64,000 bases of DNA, taken from the IMG/VR virus record IMGVR_UViG_3300027780_000006, positions 15,753 through 79,752 of that record. The stretch is one strand, 5' to 3'. This document shows, piece after piece, positions 30,651 to 40,045 of the stretch (position 1 is the stretch's first letter; each line of letters starts with the position of its first letter). The notes under the pieces are model-generated. The model saw only the letters and a program-made list of their open reading frames with translations. It was not told where the DNA came from and did no database searches. The position numbers were made by a program, and so were the translations under genes. The DNA is from a virus (Duplodnaviria > Caudoviricetes).

Positions 30651-31326
30651 AGTTTAATCCTTCCTGTATTTTTAATCTTGCTTGTTTAGCTACTCTAAGT
30701 GCAGAGCTCCATTCTGTACATTTACTACACTTTTTACATTGTTTATAATTATTTTCTTGTTTTATAGGAGAAACACAAGTCCAAATTTTCTTTACTAATT
30801 CTGGGTGCTCTTGCATAACTATACCTATAATTTCTGATTTAGTAAGATACTCTAATGGAAATAATGATATTGGCATATTTATAAAAGCATCCCACTTTAC
30901 TCCATGCATATCATGTTGGTAACTCCATCTACTTGCAATTATTCTTTGTAGATATCGTATCTGTACTCTTTGTTGCATACTATCTTCTGCATTACCCCCA
31001 TTTATAAGGTACTTAAATCTAAGACTAGGATTTCCTAAAACTAATTTAATTACATTTGTAAAAGCAAAGTCAGTAATTGGAACATTTAAATTATCCATTG
31101 GTATATCATTATATACTACTTTAAAGGGTACATTAAAATACTCTGCTATATCTTGTGTTGCTCTTGTCATTCCTTTTACAGCAGGATTATCTCTATCTAC
31201 AACTTCTGTAAATAAAAAGGGTTTATACCCTTTACCCACTGCCCAGGCAACAGCCGCAGCTGTTTCAATACCACCACCTGATGGCATTATACTATCAATA
31301 CCCGAATTTTTCAAAGTCTCTTTCAT
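30628..31326 (-). CDS. QueC-like PP-loop ATPase (paralog 1)
   Basis: SGGGIET PP-loop variant, PLEYLTKSEI, and Zn motif WTC..CKKCSKC. Confidence 0.7.
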   Translation of the reverse strand: MKETLKNSGIDSIMPSGGGIETAAAVAWAVGKGYKPFLFTEVVDRDNPAVKGMTRATQDIAEYFNVPFKVVYNDIPMDNLNVPITDFAFTNVIKLVLGNPSLRFKYLINGGNAEDSMQQRVQIRYLQRIIASRWSYQHDMHGVKWDAFINMPISLFPLEYLTKSEIIGIVMQEHPELVKKIWTCVSPIKQENNYKQCKKCSKCTEWSSALRVAKQARLKIQEGLNYEHNLRK

Positions 31327-31960
31327 AGTAGTCTCTAACTAAAATTTTATTCTCTTTTGTCCACTCACCCTTCCAAATAGGTGCGCTAGTGTTTTTATAC
31401 GTCTTTTTAAGTCCTACTGCTTCCCAGATAGTACCATCTTCTAATTTATGTACTTCTACTTCTCCGCCTGCAATATAAAGGAACTGATGCTTTAATAAAA
31501 GACTTGCATCAAACATTGGGTTTACGCATGACAGCATTTGTATGTACTCCTCAGGATTATCTAAAGATTTTGCCCAGTGTCCTTCTCTTAACGCACCAAT
31601 TGCACGAGGTACCCACTTTACAAAAGAAGTGTCTACTAAACCTAGACTAGAAAGATGTTTCCATATACTAGCGAATCTAGTAATAGGATTTCTTACTTGA
31701 GTAATAAACTTATAATCTCTATATACGGGGTAGTATTTATCATAGCTTGCATGCATATTATAGAGTGTTTGACGCTCATTATCTCTGCCAATAATCCTAC
31801 TTATTTTAGCTTCTAATCCTGCACTCCATGTCTTAGCTGCTATTACTTTTCCTCTATCTGGCAAAGTATGTATGTAAGCAGTAGACACACTAGTGCCCCC
31901 ACATTTAGGTATATGTATAAAACAAGTTTTTAAATTCTCAAAGACCATAAAGCTTTTCAA
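31295..31960 (-). CDS. Sulfotransferase family 2-like protein
   Basis: FIHIPKCGGTS (5'-PSB) and VRNPITRFAS (3'-PB). Confidence 0.8.
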   Translation of the reverse strand: MKSFMVFENLKTCFIHIPKCGGTSVSTAYIHTLPDRGKVIAAKTWSAGLEAKISRIIGRDNERQTLYNMHASYDKYYPVYRDYKFITQVRNPITRFASIWKHLSSLGLVDTSFVKWVPRAIGALREGHWAKSLDNPEEYIQMLSCVNPMFDASLLLKHQFLYIAGGEVEVHKLEDGTIWEAVGLKKTYKNTSAPIWKGEWTKENKILVRDYYERDFEKFGY

Positions 31961-34199
31961 ACTTTCCTAAACTATAGTCATCTGCAACATCAAAGTCACA
32001 TCCAACTGGGGAGCCTGGAATCATTAATCCTCTGTCTTTTTGAATACATAGTCTCAATTTGATACTATAATCTTCTACTAAATCTTCTCGTACTTCTGCT
32101 AGAACTGAATCATGAACAAGTGCAAATATCTTAGCATCCATTCCTGTCTCAACAATATGCTTTTGCATATCAATCGCACCTAATAAATTTATATCACTAG
32201 ACACAGATTGAACGAGGGCATTTACACCACTACGAACTTCGTGAGATGCAATACCTTTATCTTTACTGAAAACATTTGGTAGTCTTCTCTTTCTTCCAAA
32301 ATGAGAATAGACATAGCCATTGGCTTGAATAAAATCTTTAGTATCATCTAACCATTGTTTTAACTTAGGAAAAGCCTCGAAGTAATCATCAATAACTTCT
32401 TTCGCTTGACCTGGTGAGAAATATTCTCCACTATCCTTCGTGACCTGTTCACTAATTTTTTTCGGACCTGCTCCATACATAATACCAAAGGTAACGGCTT
32501 TTGCCTGTTGTCTTTTGGCAGGATAGAACTCTGCAACTTCTTCTACGTTTCCTGGTAGTCTGAATACTTGTTTAGCAATAGTACTGTGGAAATTACCACC
32601 TGACTTAAATACATTCTGTAACCCTAAATCTTTGGCAAGTATTGCAGCACAGTAAACCTCTGCTGTTGTTAGATCCATTGCAACTATCTTATACCCTGTT
32701 TTTGCTTTTATACAACCTTTTACAGTCGGATTATCTCTTGGAAGCTGTTGCATATTTAGTTTACCACTAGATGACAGCCTTCCGGATGTAGTTCCGTGTA
32801 GGTTAAAATTTGTACGAAGCCTTGAATCTCTATCTAAGTTAGGTATAATTTTATCAAGGTAAGTAGTTTTAATCTTAACTTTCTGTCTTATCTCAAGAAT
32901 ATGTTTAGGAACTTCGTGTTCTTCCGCAAGTTGTCCGAGAACTTCCGCGTCTGTGCTGTGAGCTCCAGTACCTGTTTTCTTACCCGTTGGGGTCAGATTT
33001 AAATAGTCAAATAGTAACTCTCTAAGTTGAACTGTTGAATTGGGGTTGAAGTCTGAGCCTTTAGCTGCTTCAAATGTTTTAATTTGGGGGAACTTATATA
33101 GTTCGGCTACTGCACTATCTATATCTTCTTGCATACGCTTTTGACCAAACTCTAGTCTAGTCTTATCGAAAGGCACACCATTGCTTTCTGCATCTTTTAA
33201 GAACCTTACTCCTTCAATAAGTAGATTCTGATATACCCAGTAAAGTTTACTGTTAGACTTAAGAGGTGCTTCAAACTTTTCAAATAATAGGAAAGTGACG
33301 ATAGCATCCATTGCTGCATATGATTTCATAACTTCAAAAGGTATCAAGTCATAGCTAAAATCTCCTTTAAGTATTCCATGGGTTTTACAATAACTTTCTC
33401 TCCACTGATCTAATTCTTGTTCATAGTCTCCATAAGGAGTATGTTTTATTGCTAACTGTTTAAGACCATGCTTTCCAGGTTGTTCATCAAACATATAGTG
33501 CATCATCATTGTATCTTCAAATCTTGGAAACTTAAAGTTGAAATGGTACTCAAACCATTGTATATCAAACTTACTATTATGAAAGACTATTCTTTTAGTA
33601 TCAAATATCTTTTGCATAAGTTGTTCGGCTTCTTCATCTATAGCTTCGCAATCTACATAGACTCCATGGTCAGGTTCATATGACATAGAGAACCCTAACA
33701 TATACCCATCTCTACAATATAATGCAGATGTTTCACTATCTAGTGCGACATAATCTTTTGGGTCTGCTAGTGCTTTATTAAGATAAGTTATTAAGTCACT
33801 TGTTTCCGTAATTCCATAACATTTATCTTCACCTAATCTTTCTTGTTTTAATTCTCCGCTTACATACTTAGTTATACTCTCGATTGCACGCTCGAATTCT
33901 GTCTTTGCTTCTGGTTTGAACTTAATCATTGCGGGATTAATTAAACCTAAAAACTTAGAATCGCAAACTTTTCCATTGAACTCTGTTACCGATGTCTTTT
34001 TTGTATACATTTTGAAGGCTTCTGAACCTACAAGAATGAGCCAATCATACGCATCGATATCTATTTCTATATCTACATCTTTTTTTAAAACTTTTTTAAC
34101 ACTAGAATTTGAACATAGTGCATATCTATCTACCTCAAAATCGAAATATCTATCCCAGTTAGTTGATGATGCTTTTGTTTCTATTAATCCTATTTTCAT
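31938..34199 (-). CDS. polA: DNA polymerase family A (T5-like)
   Basis: DSET exonuclease I, GRLSS..NMQQLP, DLTTAE (motif A), RQQAKAVTFG (motif B, Phe762 type) and VHDS (motif C); start set at MKIGLIE after an SD. Confidence 0.97.
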   Translation of the reverse strand: MKIGLIETKASSTNWDRYFDFEVDRYALCSNSSVKKVLKKDVDIEIDIDAYDWLILVGSEAFKMYTKKTSVTEFNGKVCDSKFLGLINPAMIKFKPEAKTEFERAIESITKYVSGELKQERLGEDKCYGITETSDLITYLNKALADPKDYVALDSETSALYCRDGYMLGFSMSYEPDHGVYVDCEAIDEEAEQLMQKIFDTKRIVFHNSKFDIQWFEYHFNFKFPRFEDTMMMHYMFDEQPGKHGLKQLAIKHTPYGDYEQELDQWRESYCKTHGILKGDFSYDLIPFEVMKSYAAMDAIVTFLLFEKFEAPLKSNSKLYWVYQNLLIEGVRFLKDAESNGVPFDKTRLEFGQKRMQEDIDSAVAELYKFPQIKTFEAAKGSDFNPNSTVQLRELLFDYLNLTPTGKKTGTGAHSTDAEVLGQLAEEHEVPKHILEIRQKVKIKTTYLDKIIPNLDRDSRLRTNFNLHGTTSGRLSSSGKLNMQQLPRDNPTVKGCIKAKTGYKIVAMDLTTAEVYCAAILAKDLGLQNVFKSGGNFHSTIAKQVFRLPGNVEEVAEFYPAKRQQAKAVTFGIMYGAGPKKISEQVTKDSGEYFSPGQAKEVIDDYFEAFPKLKQWLDDTKDFIQANGYVYSHFGRKRRLPNVFSKDKGIASHEVRSGVNALVQSVSSDINLLGAIDMQKHIVETGMDAKIFALVHDSVLAEVREDLVEDYSIKLRLCIQKDRGLMIPGSPVGCDFDVADDYSLGKFEKLYGL

Positions 34200-34573
34200 T
34201 TTTCCTCTTTGTTCATGTAATTTGCTAGTTTTGTATCGCATTGTTTGTAGTTTCTATAGAAACCTTCTATCTCTTGCAACTCTATTTGTAATGTGTGCCA
34301 CCAAGACTTATCCATTATAGTTTTCTCAGCAATTGCTTTCTTCTTATGTTGAATTAGTACTTTTATAGCTAATGGGTTCCATGTCTTTCCACCTTTCTCC
34401 CACAGGGAAGGTTTATAATAAGTAAGAGCATATTTTTGTTTTGCTTTTCTTATAGCGACAATACTTCTGCGAAGGTGTTCCGCACAAAATTCTATGTCCC
34501 AATCATTCGCGACACATATTTCGTAATCGTATTCTGTCCAGCGTTCGTTAGCACTGGTTATATTATTCACCAT
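34196..34573 (-). CDS. Hypothetical protein (possible HTH)
   Basis: WTEYDY..CAEHLRRSIVAIR; between primase and polymerase. Confidence 0.5.
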   Translation of the reverse strand: MVNNITSANERWTEYDYEICVANDWDIEFCAEHLRRSIVAIRKAKQKYALTYYKPSLWEKGGKTWNPLAIKVLIQHKKKAIAEKTIMDKSWWHTLQIELQEIEGFYRNYKQCDTKLANYMNKEEK

Positions 34574-35411
34574 ATAATTGTTTCTTTAATCTTTCTATCT
34601 GGTCACGGTTTAAGTTACCAGGGTCTGTGTTTAGGGGTAAAGTTACTACCCTTGCTGACATTTCTAAGGACTCGGCTAAACCTTTGGCTGCTTCTGCAGC
34701 TCTATTACCTGCCTCATCTCCATCAAACATGATGTCGACTCCTTGTACTCCCTGCATTTTTAGTAAGGATAATTTTACCCAGTTGACTTGTTGTGTGCCA
34801 AAACAGCAAACAGTATTCTTAAGACCTTTGTCCCATAAGTTTAAAGCATCGAATATGCCTTCTACTAGAATAACTCTGTTCTGTATAAGCTTAACCTTGG
34901 CAGGGCAAAAGGGCATTTCCGCCCCGCCAGGATAGATATAGTACTTTGATTGTCCCATACTAGCTTCACTGATTAATCTTCCGATTAAGGCAACAGTTTT
35001 TCCTGTGATGTTACGGATTGGAAAGATAATTCTGCCTTCAAACTTAGGAGTGTTCCAAGTAAACGCATCCCATATACCTAGAGTCTGCTCTGATATATTT
35101 CTAAGCGGTCCACCTGACCATCTTATTCTCTCTTTAGGTAATTGAATACCTACTGTTTGAGACTTAACTTTCGTTATTGCTTCACGAATACGATGAAGCC
35201 TTACTTCCAAAGGGCTAGAAGGGGCTCCATAGTATGTAAACAAATTTCCTTTAAAACCACAGGAAAAACAGTTGAATACTCCTGTCACTCTATCAATTCT
35301 CATTGACGGGTGGGAATCATCATGTTCTGGGTTTAAGCAGAGTACAGTAGCATCCTTACCACTTATTTGATAATTTACTCCTTTCTCTTGTAAAAGTTCT
35401 TCTGCTGTCAT
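34563..35411 (-). CDS. DNA primase
   Basis: CLNPEH..CFSC zinc finger; TOPRIM EGIFD and FDGD. Confidence 0.93.
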   Translation of the reverse strand: MTAEELLQEKGVNYQISGKDATVLCLNPEHDDSHPSMRIDRVTGVFNCFSCGFKGNLFTYYGAPSSPLEVRLHRIREAITKVKSQTVGIQLPKERIRWSGGPLRNISEQTLGIWDAFTWNTPKFEGRIIFPIRNITGKTVALIGRLISEASMGQSKYYIYPGGAEMPFCPAKVKLIQNRVILVEGIFDALNLWDKGLKNTVCCFGTQQVNWVKLSLLKMQGVQGVDIMFDGDEAGNRAAEAAKGLAESLEMSARVVTLPLNTDPGNLNRDQIERLKKQLYGE

Positions 35412-35421
35412 AATTATATAT

Positions 35422-35450
35422 AGTATATCAAATTTTTAACCCGGTGTCAA
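35422..35450 (-). promoter_or_regulatory. sigma70-type promoter (primase-polymerase)
   Basis: TTGACA-17-TATACT. Confidence 0.8.
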
Positions 35451-35468
35451 GAATTATTTTTCGTTGTT

Positions 35469-35966
35469 TCACTTGTATTTTGGGTCATTTCTATCGTGTT
35501 TCCACTTTAAAGTATCCCCTATTCTTTCAAATTCTCTCATATCTACTCCGTCAGGGTCTACTTTATCTTCGTAGTACATGGATTTCCAAGCTAACTCTGC
35601 CATCTGGAACCAGACAGCTACTGCTTTATCCCTAAAATCTTCATCTCCCCATAGATAATATAAAAGCCACCACTCCTTATCGAAGCGGCATACTCTTATT
35701 TGTTGGTCGTGTATTTCCGGTAGGTCCACCGCGGCCCTCATTCTTTGAGAGCCTGCAATGGGGTACCAGTTGGGCATACACAGGATGGGAGATTTGACCC
35801 CGTGCTGCCGCAGACTGTTCGTTAATTTTTCATTGGGTGGAACATTAGCAATATTTTCTTTTACTTTGTCTTGTTCTAACATCCATCCAATAGTTCTCAC
35901 ATACCATGTATGTGGTGGGAGAGGGATTAATTCAGCAGTTTCTCTACTTACTCTATCATCCGCCAT
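35469..35966 (-). CDS. ParB/Srx-like protein
   Basis: SLRQHGVKSPI..IAGSQRMRA. Confidence 0.5.
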   Translation of the reverse strand: MADDRVSRETAELIPLPPHTWYVRTIGWMLEQDKVKENIANVPPNEKLTNSLRQHGVKSPILCMPNWYPIAGSQRMRAAVDLPEIHDQQIRVCRFDKEWWLLYYLWGDEDFRDKAVAVWFQMAELAWKSMYYEDKVDPDGVDMREFERIGDTLKWKHDRNDPKYK

Positions 35967-36118
35967 TATTCATCTCCTTGTATCTTTGTGTCCATTCATC
36001 TTCATAGATTTTTCTAAATTCTTCTAATGAAGGAATAGGTACGTGTTGTAGTTTGTGCACTTCTCTTATATGTCGAGTATATGCAATCATTAATTGTTCT
36101 TCTGTGTATAGTATCATA

Positions 36119-37489
36119 TTACCAAGGTACGTCGTTAACCTCTTCTCCTGTTTTTCCCATAGTTTCTTTCAGCTCGGCTTTCTCATCTGGGTCCATTGCT
36201 GTGTGTGGCCCGATTTTAAGTGTACTCCAATTCATCTCACTCGTGAATCCTGCAACTCTAGCATTACGCCTTTTTTGGCAGGAGAATTTCATAGCTTCTG
36301 ATTGGTCGAAGTGATCTATACTATAGAAAGCATCTACAGCATTATCGACATTGGTTGAGAATTTAGCAGAACCGTCTGCTTTCGTTTGAATCGCTGTCAC
36401 AGTAGTAGTATTATACTCTTGTGCCAACTGTTTAAAATATTTAGATATTTCTATCTGTTCTGTCCAGTCATACTGACCTGCTTTAACATTGCCTGTTCTT
36501 TTTACTTGGTTTAAGTAATCAATAATAATTACACCTGGATTATGTAACTTCATTAAATTCTGCCTTACAACACTAGCAATTTTTGCTGTGGTAAGTGCAG
36601 GGTCATAATAAATTTCTATTTGTGGTTTGCTGTAGTCAATTCTATTTCTGACTAGCTTTGTATGAAACTCTTTAAAGTTTGATTTGTCTAAGTTTTTATA
36701 GTCTGCTAAGACTGTTTCTCCATCTGTGAATCTATTAGCCCACCAAGCTCCTACTTTATTCCATTCATGTGGCTCTAAATTTTGATGTATTAATCTGTTA
36801 CAATCTACTTCGGTTTCGATTGCTACTATTCTTTGTAGAATGTCTTTGCTATTCATTTCTATTGTAAAGTACAAAGCGCTACGACCTTGTTTTCTTATTG
36901 CACTAGCTATGTTACAACACACTAAAGACTTACCACCACCTGACTTAGCACCAAGTAGTATAAGCTCATCTGATTTGAATGAGTACTCTAGGTCGAAGTC
37001 TTGATTCAAGCCTAAAGTAATTCGTTTTTTGTATTCTTCTTCATCATCAAATAATTCTATCGTTTCCATACTCTCATTTGCATCCTGAGTATCTACTTTA
37101 TCTTCTACAGACACGACAATTTCTTGAAGTAAATCAATGTTTTCTCTTGCGTCTGATATTGCGATTTGGTTTTCTACGTAGCCTTCGATTGAAGATAGAA
37201 TTTCTGATTGTGTATATTGATTCTTGAGATAATCTAACAATAGGGATGCATCGACATCTGTTTCTACAGTTTCGATAGCGTAAAGTTTTTCTTGCATATC
37301 AGAAGAACGAACTTCAAGTTTAAGTTCTTCAAATGTTGGTAGATTTTTATATTTGTCAACGTGTTTGTCAACAACTTTCCACATCTTTCGGTATTCACCT
37401 TCAGGTAGATAATGTTGTTTTAATCCGTTCCAAGTATCAAAATCGCCAAGCGACAAGATTTGCTTCAGTAATGCACTTTCTAGTGTCAA
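36119..37489 (-). CDS. D6: DnaB-like replicative helicase (T5 D6-like)
   Basis: GAKSGGGKS, FTIEM and IIIDYL; upstream of primase. Confidence 0.9.
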   Translation of the reverse strand: MTLESALLKQILSLGDFDTWNGLKQHYLPEGEYRKMWKVVDKHVDKYKNLPTFEELKLEVRSSDMQEKLYAIETVETDVDASLLLDYLKNQYTQSEILSSIEGYVENQIAISDARENIDLLQEIVVSVEDKVDTQDANESMETIELFDDEEEYKKRITLGLNQDFDLEYSFKSDELILLGAKSGGGKSLVCCNIASAIRKQGRSALYFTIEMNSKDILQRIVAIETEVDCNRLIHQNLEPHEWNKVGAWWANRFTDGETVLADYKNLDKSNFKEFHTKLVRNRIDYSKPQIEIYYDPALTTAKIASVVRQNLMKLHNPGVIIIDYLNQVKRTGNVKAGQYDWTEQIEISKYFKQLAQEYNTTTVTAIQTKADGSAKFSTNVDNAVDAFYSIDHFDQSEAMKFSCQKRRNARVAGFTSEMNWSTLKIGPHTAMDPDEKAELKETMGKTGEEVNDVPW

Positions 37490-37519
37490 ATTGAATCTCC
37501 CAAGACAATTTTATATTAA

Positions 37520-37555
37520 TAAAAAGCGATAGGCTACTGAAAGCAACCTATCGCC
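37520..37555 (-). terminator. Rho-independent terminator after D5
   Basis: GCGATAGG/CCTATCGC stem followed by a U-tract. Confidence 0.85.
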
Positions 37556-37571
37556 AAGATGAAATCAGGTA

Positions 37572-38288
37572 TTAGCCGATATCTTTTTTAGCAGCTCCGT
37601 TATAGTCTGAGCTTTGTAGACCTCTTCTAGTAAGCATTGTTTTCACGCCTCTTACTGTTTTGCCGATTGTATCAGCGATAGACTCAACAGTCATGCTGTT
37701 AATATCTAAGTCTGCTAAAGGATCAGCTTTGCTAGAACCTTTAGTTTCTTTTTGCTTAGGAATCGCGTTGATTTCCCCAGCTCTAAGAAGTGATAAAGCT
37801 TTTCCTCTGATAGAGTTTACACTTCTACCTAGAGCTTCTGCGATATCTTCAATGAAAGCACCATCGTTTACTAATGAAACGAATTGTCCTTCTTCATCCT
37901 CGTTGTAAGACTTTACAGTCTCAACTTTAGGAGCAGGTTTAACATGCTCTGTAAGTTGCATAGAAAGGATTTTACCTTGAATTGACTTAGCAGTAAATGC
38001 TCCGCCTTCAAAGTTTGCAGCGATGTCTGCATATGTGTATGAGCCAGAGTTATCTGTTACAAAGTTACTTAAAGTAGCTTCTTGCTCATCTGAGAAAGAT
38101 TTAGAAGCTGATGCTGAAGCTAGTTCAACGTCAAAACCCATCTTTCTTAATTTACTAGATACACTTCTTACTGAAGTTTCTAGTTGCTCTGCTGCTGAAG
38201 CAACAGTAGTTTGAGATATAGGGCTCTCATCCCCAACAAAAGAAGTCAATTCTGAAGTTCTTTCATCTGTCCATTTTGGTAATGCCAT
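37572..38288 (-). CDS. D5: T5 D5-like DNA-binding transcription regulator
   Basis: MALPKWTDERT with repeated HTH units (IADTIGKTVRGVKTMLTRRG); T5 position. Confidence 0.8.
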   Translation of the reverse strand: MALPKWTDERTSELTSFVGDESPISQTTVASAAEQLETSVRSVSSKLRKMGFDVELASASASKSFSDEQEATLSNFVTDNSGSYTYADIAANFEGGAFTAKSIQGKILSMQLTEHVKPAPKVETVKSYNEDEEGQFVSLVNDGAFIEDIAEALGRSVNSIRGKALSLLRAGEINAIPKQKETKGSSKADPLADLDINSMTVESIADTIGKTVRGVKTMLTRRGLQSSDYNGAAKKDIG

Positions 38289-38292
38289 TTTA

Positions 38293-39045
38293 TTATTCCT
38301 CTAATAAATGTTTTAGGTTTGTTATTATTACGACACCGCGTTCTTGCGCCGCCATTGTTTTTGCTGACTCGATTCCTGACTCATTAACCAAATGAGTACA
38401 GTCTTTAGTTAGACTTGATTTTACGATAAATCCATATTGACTAAGCACTTGCTCTGCATGAGCTTTAGTCGGATAACTTTTCAGTCTACCACTAATGCAT
38501 ATAACACCCTTGACCTGTTTCTTTTCTAGTATTTTATTTTTCCAGTTGAAAGGCAAGTTGTTGTAGTTATTTGGGTAGTATTCAGTTTCTAACCAGTTAA
38601 TTAAATTAGTAGTTGCTTTTGGACCAATACCCGCTTCGGAGCATTTTATCTCGCTTATATCTTCAATATGAGATATAGTATTGCATAGTTTTTGAGAAGC
38701 TGATTGACCAATAAGTGGAATCGAAAATGCCGGTATTAATTTTACTAGCGGAGTTTCTTTAGACTTTTGAATCTCAATATAGAGTTTCTCTCCTAATTTA
38801 ACTGAACCTAATCTTGACTGTAAATCTTCTACAGTTAATGAATACAATTCTTCGTAATCTTGGATTTCCAGCTTACTTACAGCTGCAGGACCAAGCCCTT
38901 TAATTTTTAGACTAGAAGCGAAGTTGACCACTTTCTTATCCCATTGTGAAGGGCATGAGTCGTTTTTACAGAATAACTGGTCATTAACGAACTCTAACTC
39001 ACTATCACATGAAGGGCAGTTAGTCGGTGGTATAATTTTTCTCAC
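38293..39045 (-). CDS. NAD-dependent DNA ligase subunit B (Zn finger, HhH, BRCT)
   Basis: CPSC..C..C, IKGLG, IPLIG, GIGPK HhH motifs and BRCT-like C-terminus. Confidence 0.9.
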   Translation of the reverse strand: MRKIIPPTNCPSCDSELEFVNDQLFCKNDSCPSQWDKKVVNFASSLKIKGLGPAAVSKLEIQDYEELYSLTVEDLQSRLGSVKLGEKLYIEIQKSKETPLVKLIPAFSIPLIGQSASQKLCNTISHIEDISEIKCSEAGIGPKATTNLINWLETEYYPNNYNNLPFNWKNKILEKKQVKGVICISGRLKSYPTKAHAEQVLSQYGFIVKSSLTKDCTHLVNESGIESAKTMAAQERGVVIITNLKHLLEE

Positions 39046-39074
39046 TTACGGTTTCCTTTCTAAATATATAACAT

Positions 39075-39103
39075 ATTATACAAAAAGTTTGGGCATCTGT
39101 CAA
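39075..39103 (-). promoter_or_regulatory. sigma70-type promoter (ligase B-D5)
   Basis: TTGACA-17-TATAAT. Confidence 0.85.
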
Positions 39104-39226
39104 GAACTATTTTTATATTGGTAACTATAAAATTTACATCACCTTTATAGTTAGTCCTCATAGATGTGAGTATCCTCGATGTATTTTCCACGATGTTTAA
39201 TCTGAAACCATAATGCTTTAACTTTT

Positions 39227-40045
39227 TTAGTTAAAGACTTTATCCATTTTTTTATCATATATATCCTTTATAATTCTGTCCGCCATTAGCCTGTTTCCTT
39301 CGTGTAACGGATGGTCTCTTGGTCCAAATGGGACTTTTTTTCTGATGCACATGTCATAAAAAGCTTCTTCTTTCATATGCGGTAATAATTCTTTGTAGTG
39401 TTTTCCATTAAGGGTTTGCTGCTTCCATGTAATGTTAGCACCTTCTTTTTTCTGTTCGTTTAGTGTTCTCCATACGGGTTTTATTTGTCCATCACTCATA
39501 TTATAAAATAAGTAAGGAACTTTTTGAAGTTCTAACATATTCTTTACTGCTAGCATATAATTTAAAGTTTCTATTAAATTAGAGGGAGCGTTCCGGACAC
39601 TTCTTCCATAATTATTTACTCCTTCCCACTGAGGTCTATTCATGTCTGGGTGATAGTGCATCTCTGAATCGTCGCTTACAGTGAAATCGTCCATAGCCAT
39701 TCTATGTCTTGTCCAAGCAGCTTGCCTCCAAGTATTATTAGCACGATTTAAATATTCAAATCTGTTTATATTTGACCAAACTATGATAACCATTTTAGGT
39801 CTTGCTGCGACAATCTTTACTGGATCGGCTGCCTCCTTACCCCAGACTTGATCATTTGCAGTAATTCCTTGGGGATGCATAAAATCATCTATCATATTCC
39901 TAAAAATTCTGTCGTTGCTTCCTCCTACTTTGGAGTGCCTTAACATATCTTGTCCAAAATGATTCGATACTATCCAAGCAAACTGGTCTTGAACTCTTTC
40001 TATTTCCATGCCTTGTACAAAGCTACATCCATTCCAATAAATCAA
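39227..40045 (-). CDS. SGNH-hydrolase-like protein
   Basis: NGCSF, GGSN and C-terminal DHP..GNRLMA. Confidence 0.65.
   Translation of the reverse strand: MIYWNGCSFVQGMEIERVQDQFAWIVSNHFGQDMLRHSKVGGSNDRIFRNMIDDFMHPQGITANDQVWGKEAADPVKIVAARPKMVIIVWSNINRFEYLNRANNTWRQAAWTRHRMAMDDFTVSDDSEMHYHPDMNRPQWEGVNNYGRSVRNAPSNLIETLNYMLAVKNMLELQKVPYLFYNMSDGQIKPVWRTLNEQKKEGANITWKQQTLNGKHYKELLPHMKEEAFYDMCIRKKVPFGPRDHPLHEGNRLMADRIIKDIYDKKMDKVFN

Noticed and set aside
31938-34199. Intein or intron in the polymerase, RNR or helicases
   Set aside because: Lengths and motif spacing are normal, with no splice-junction or homing-endonuclease motifs.
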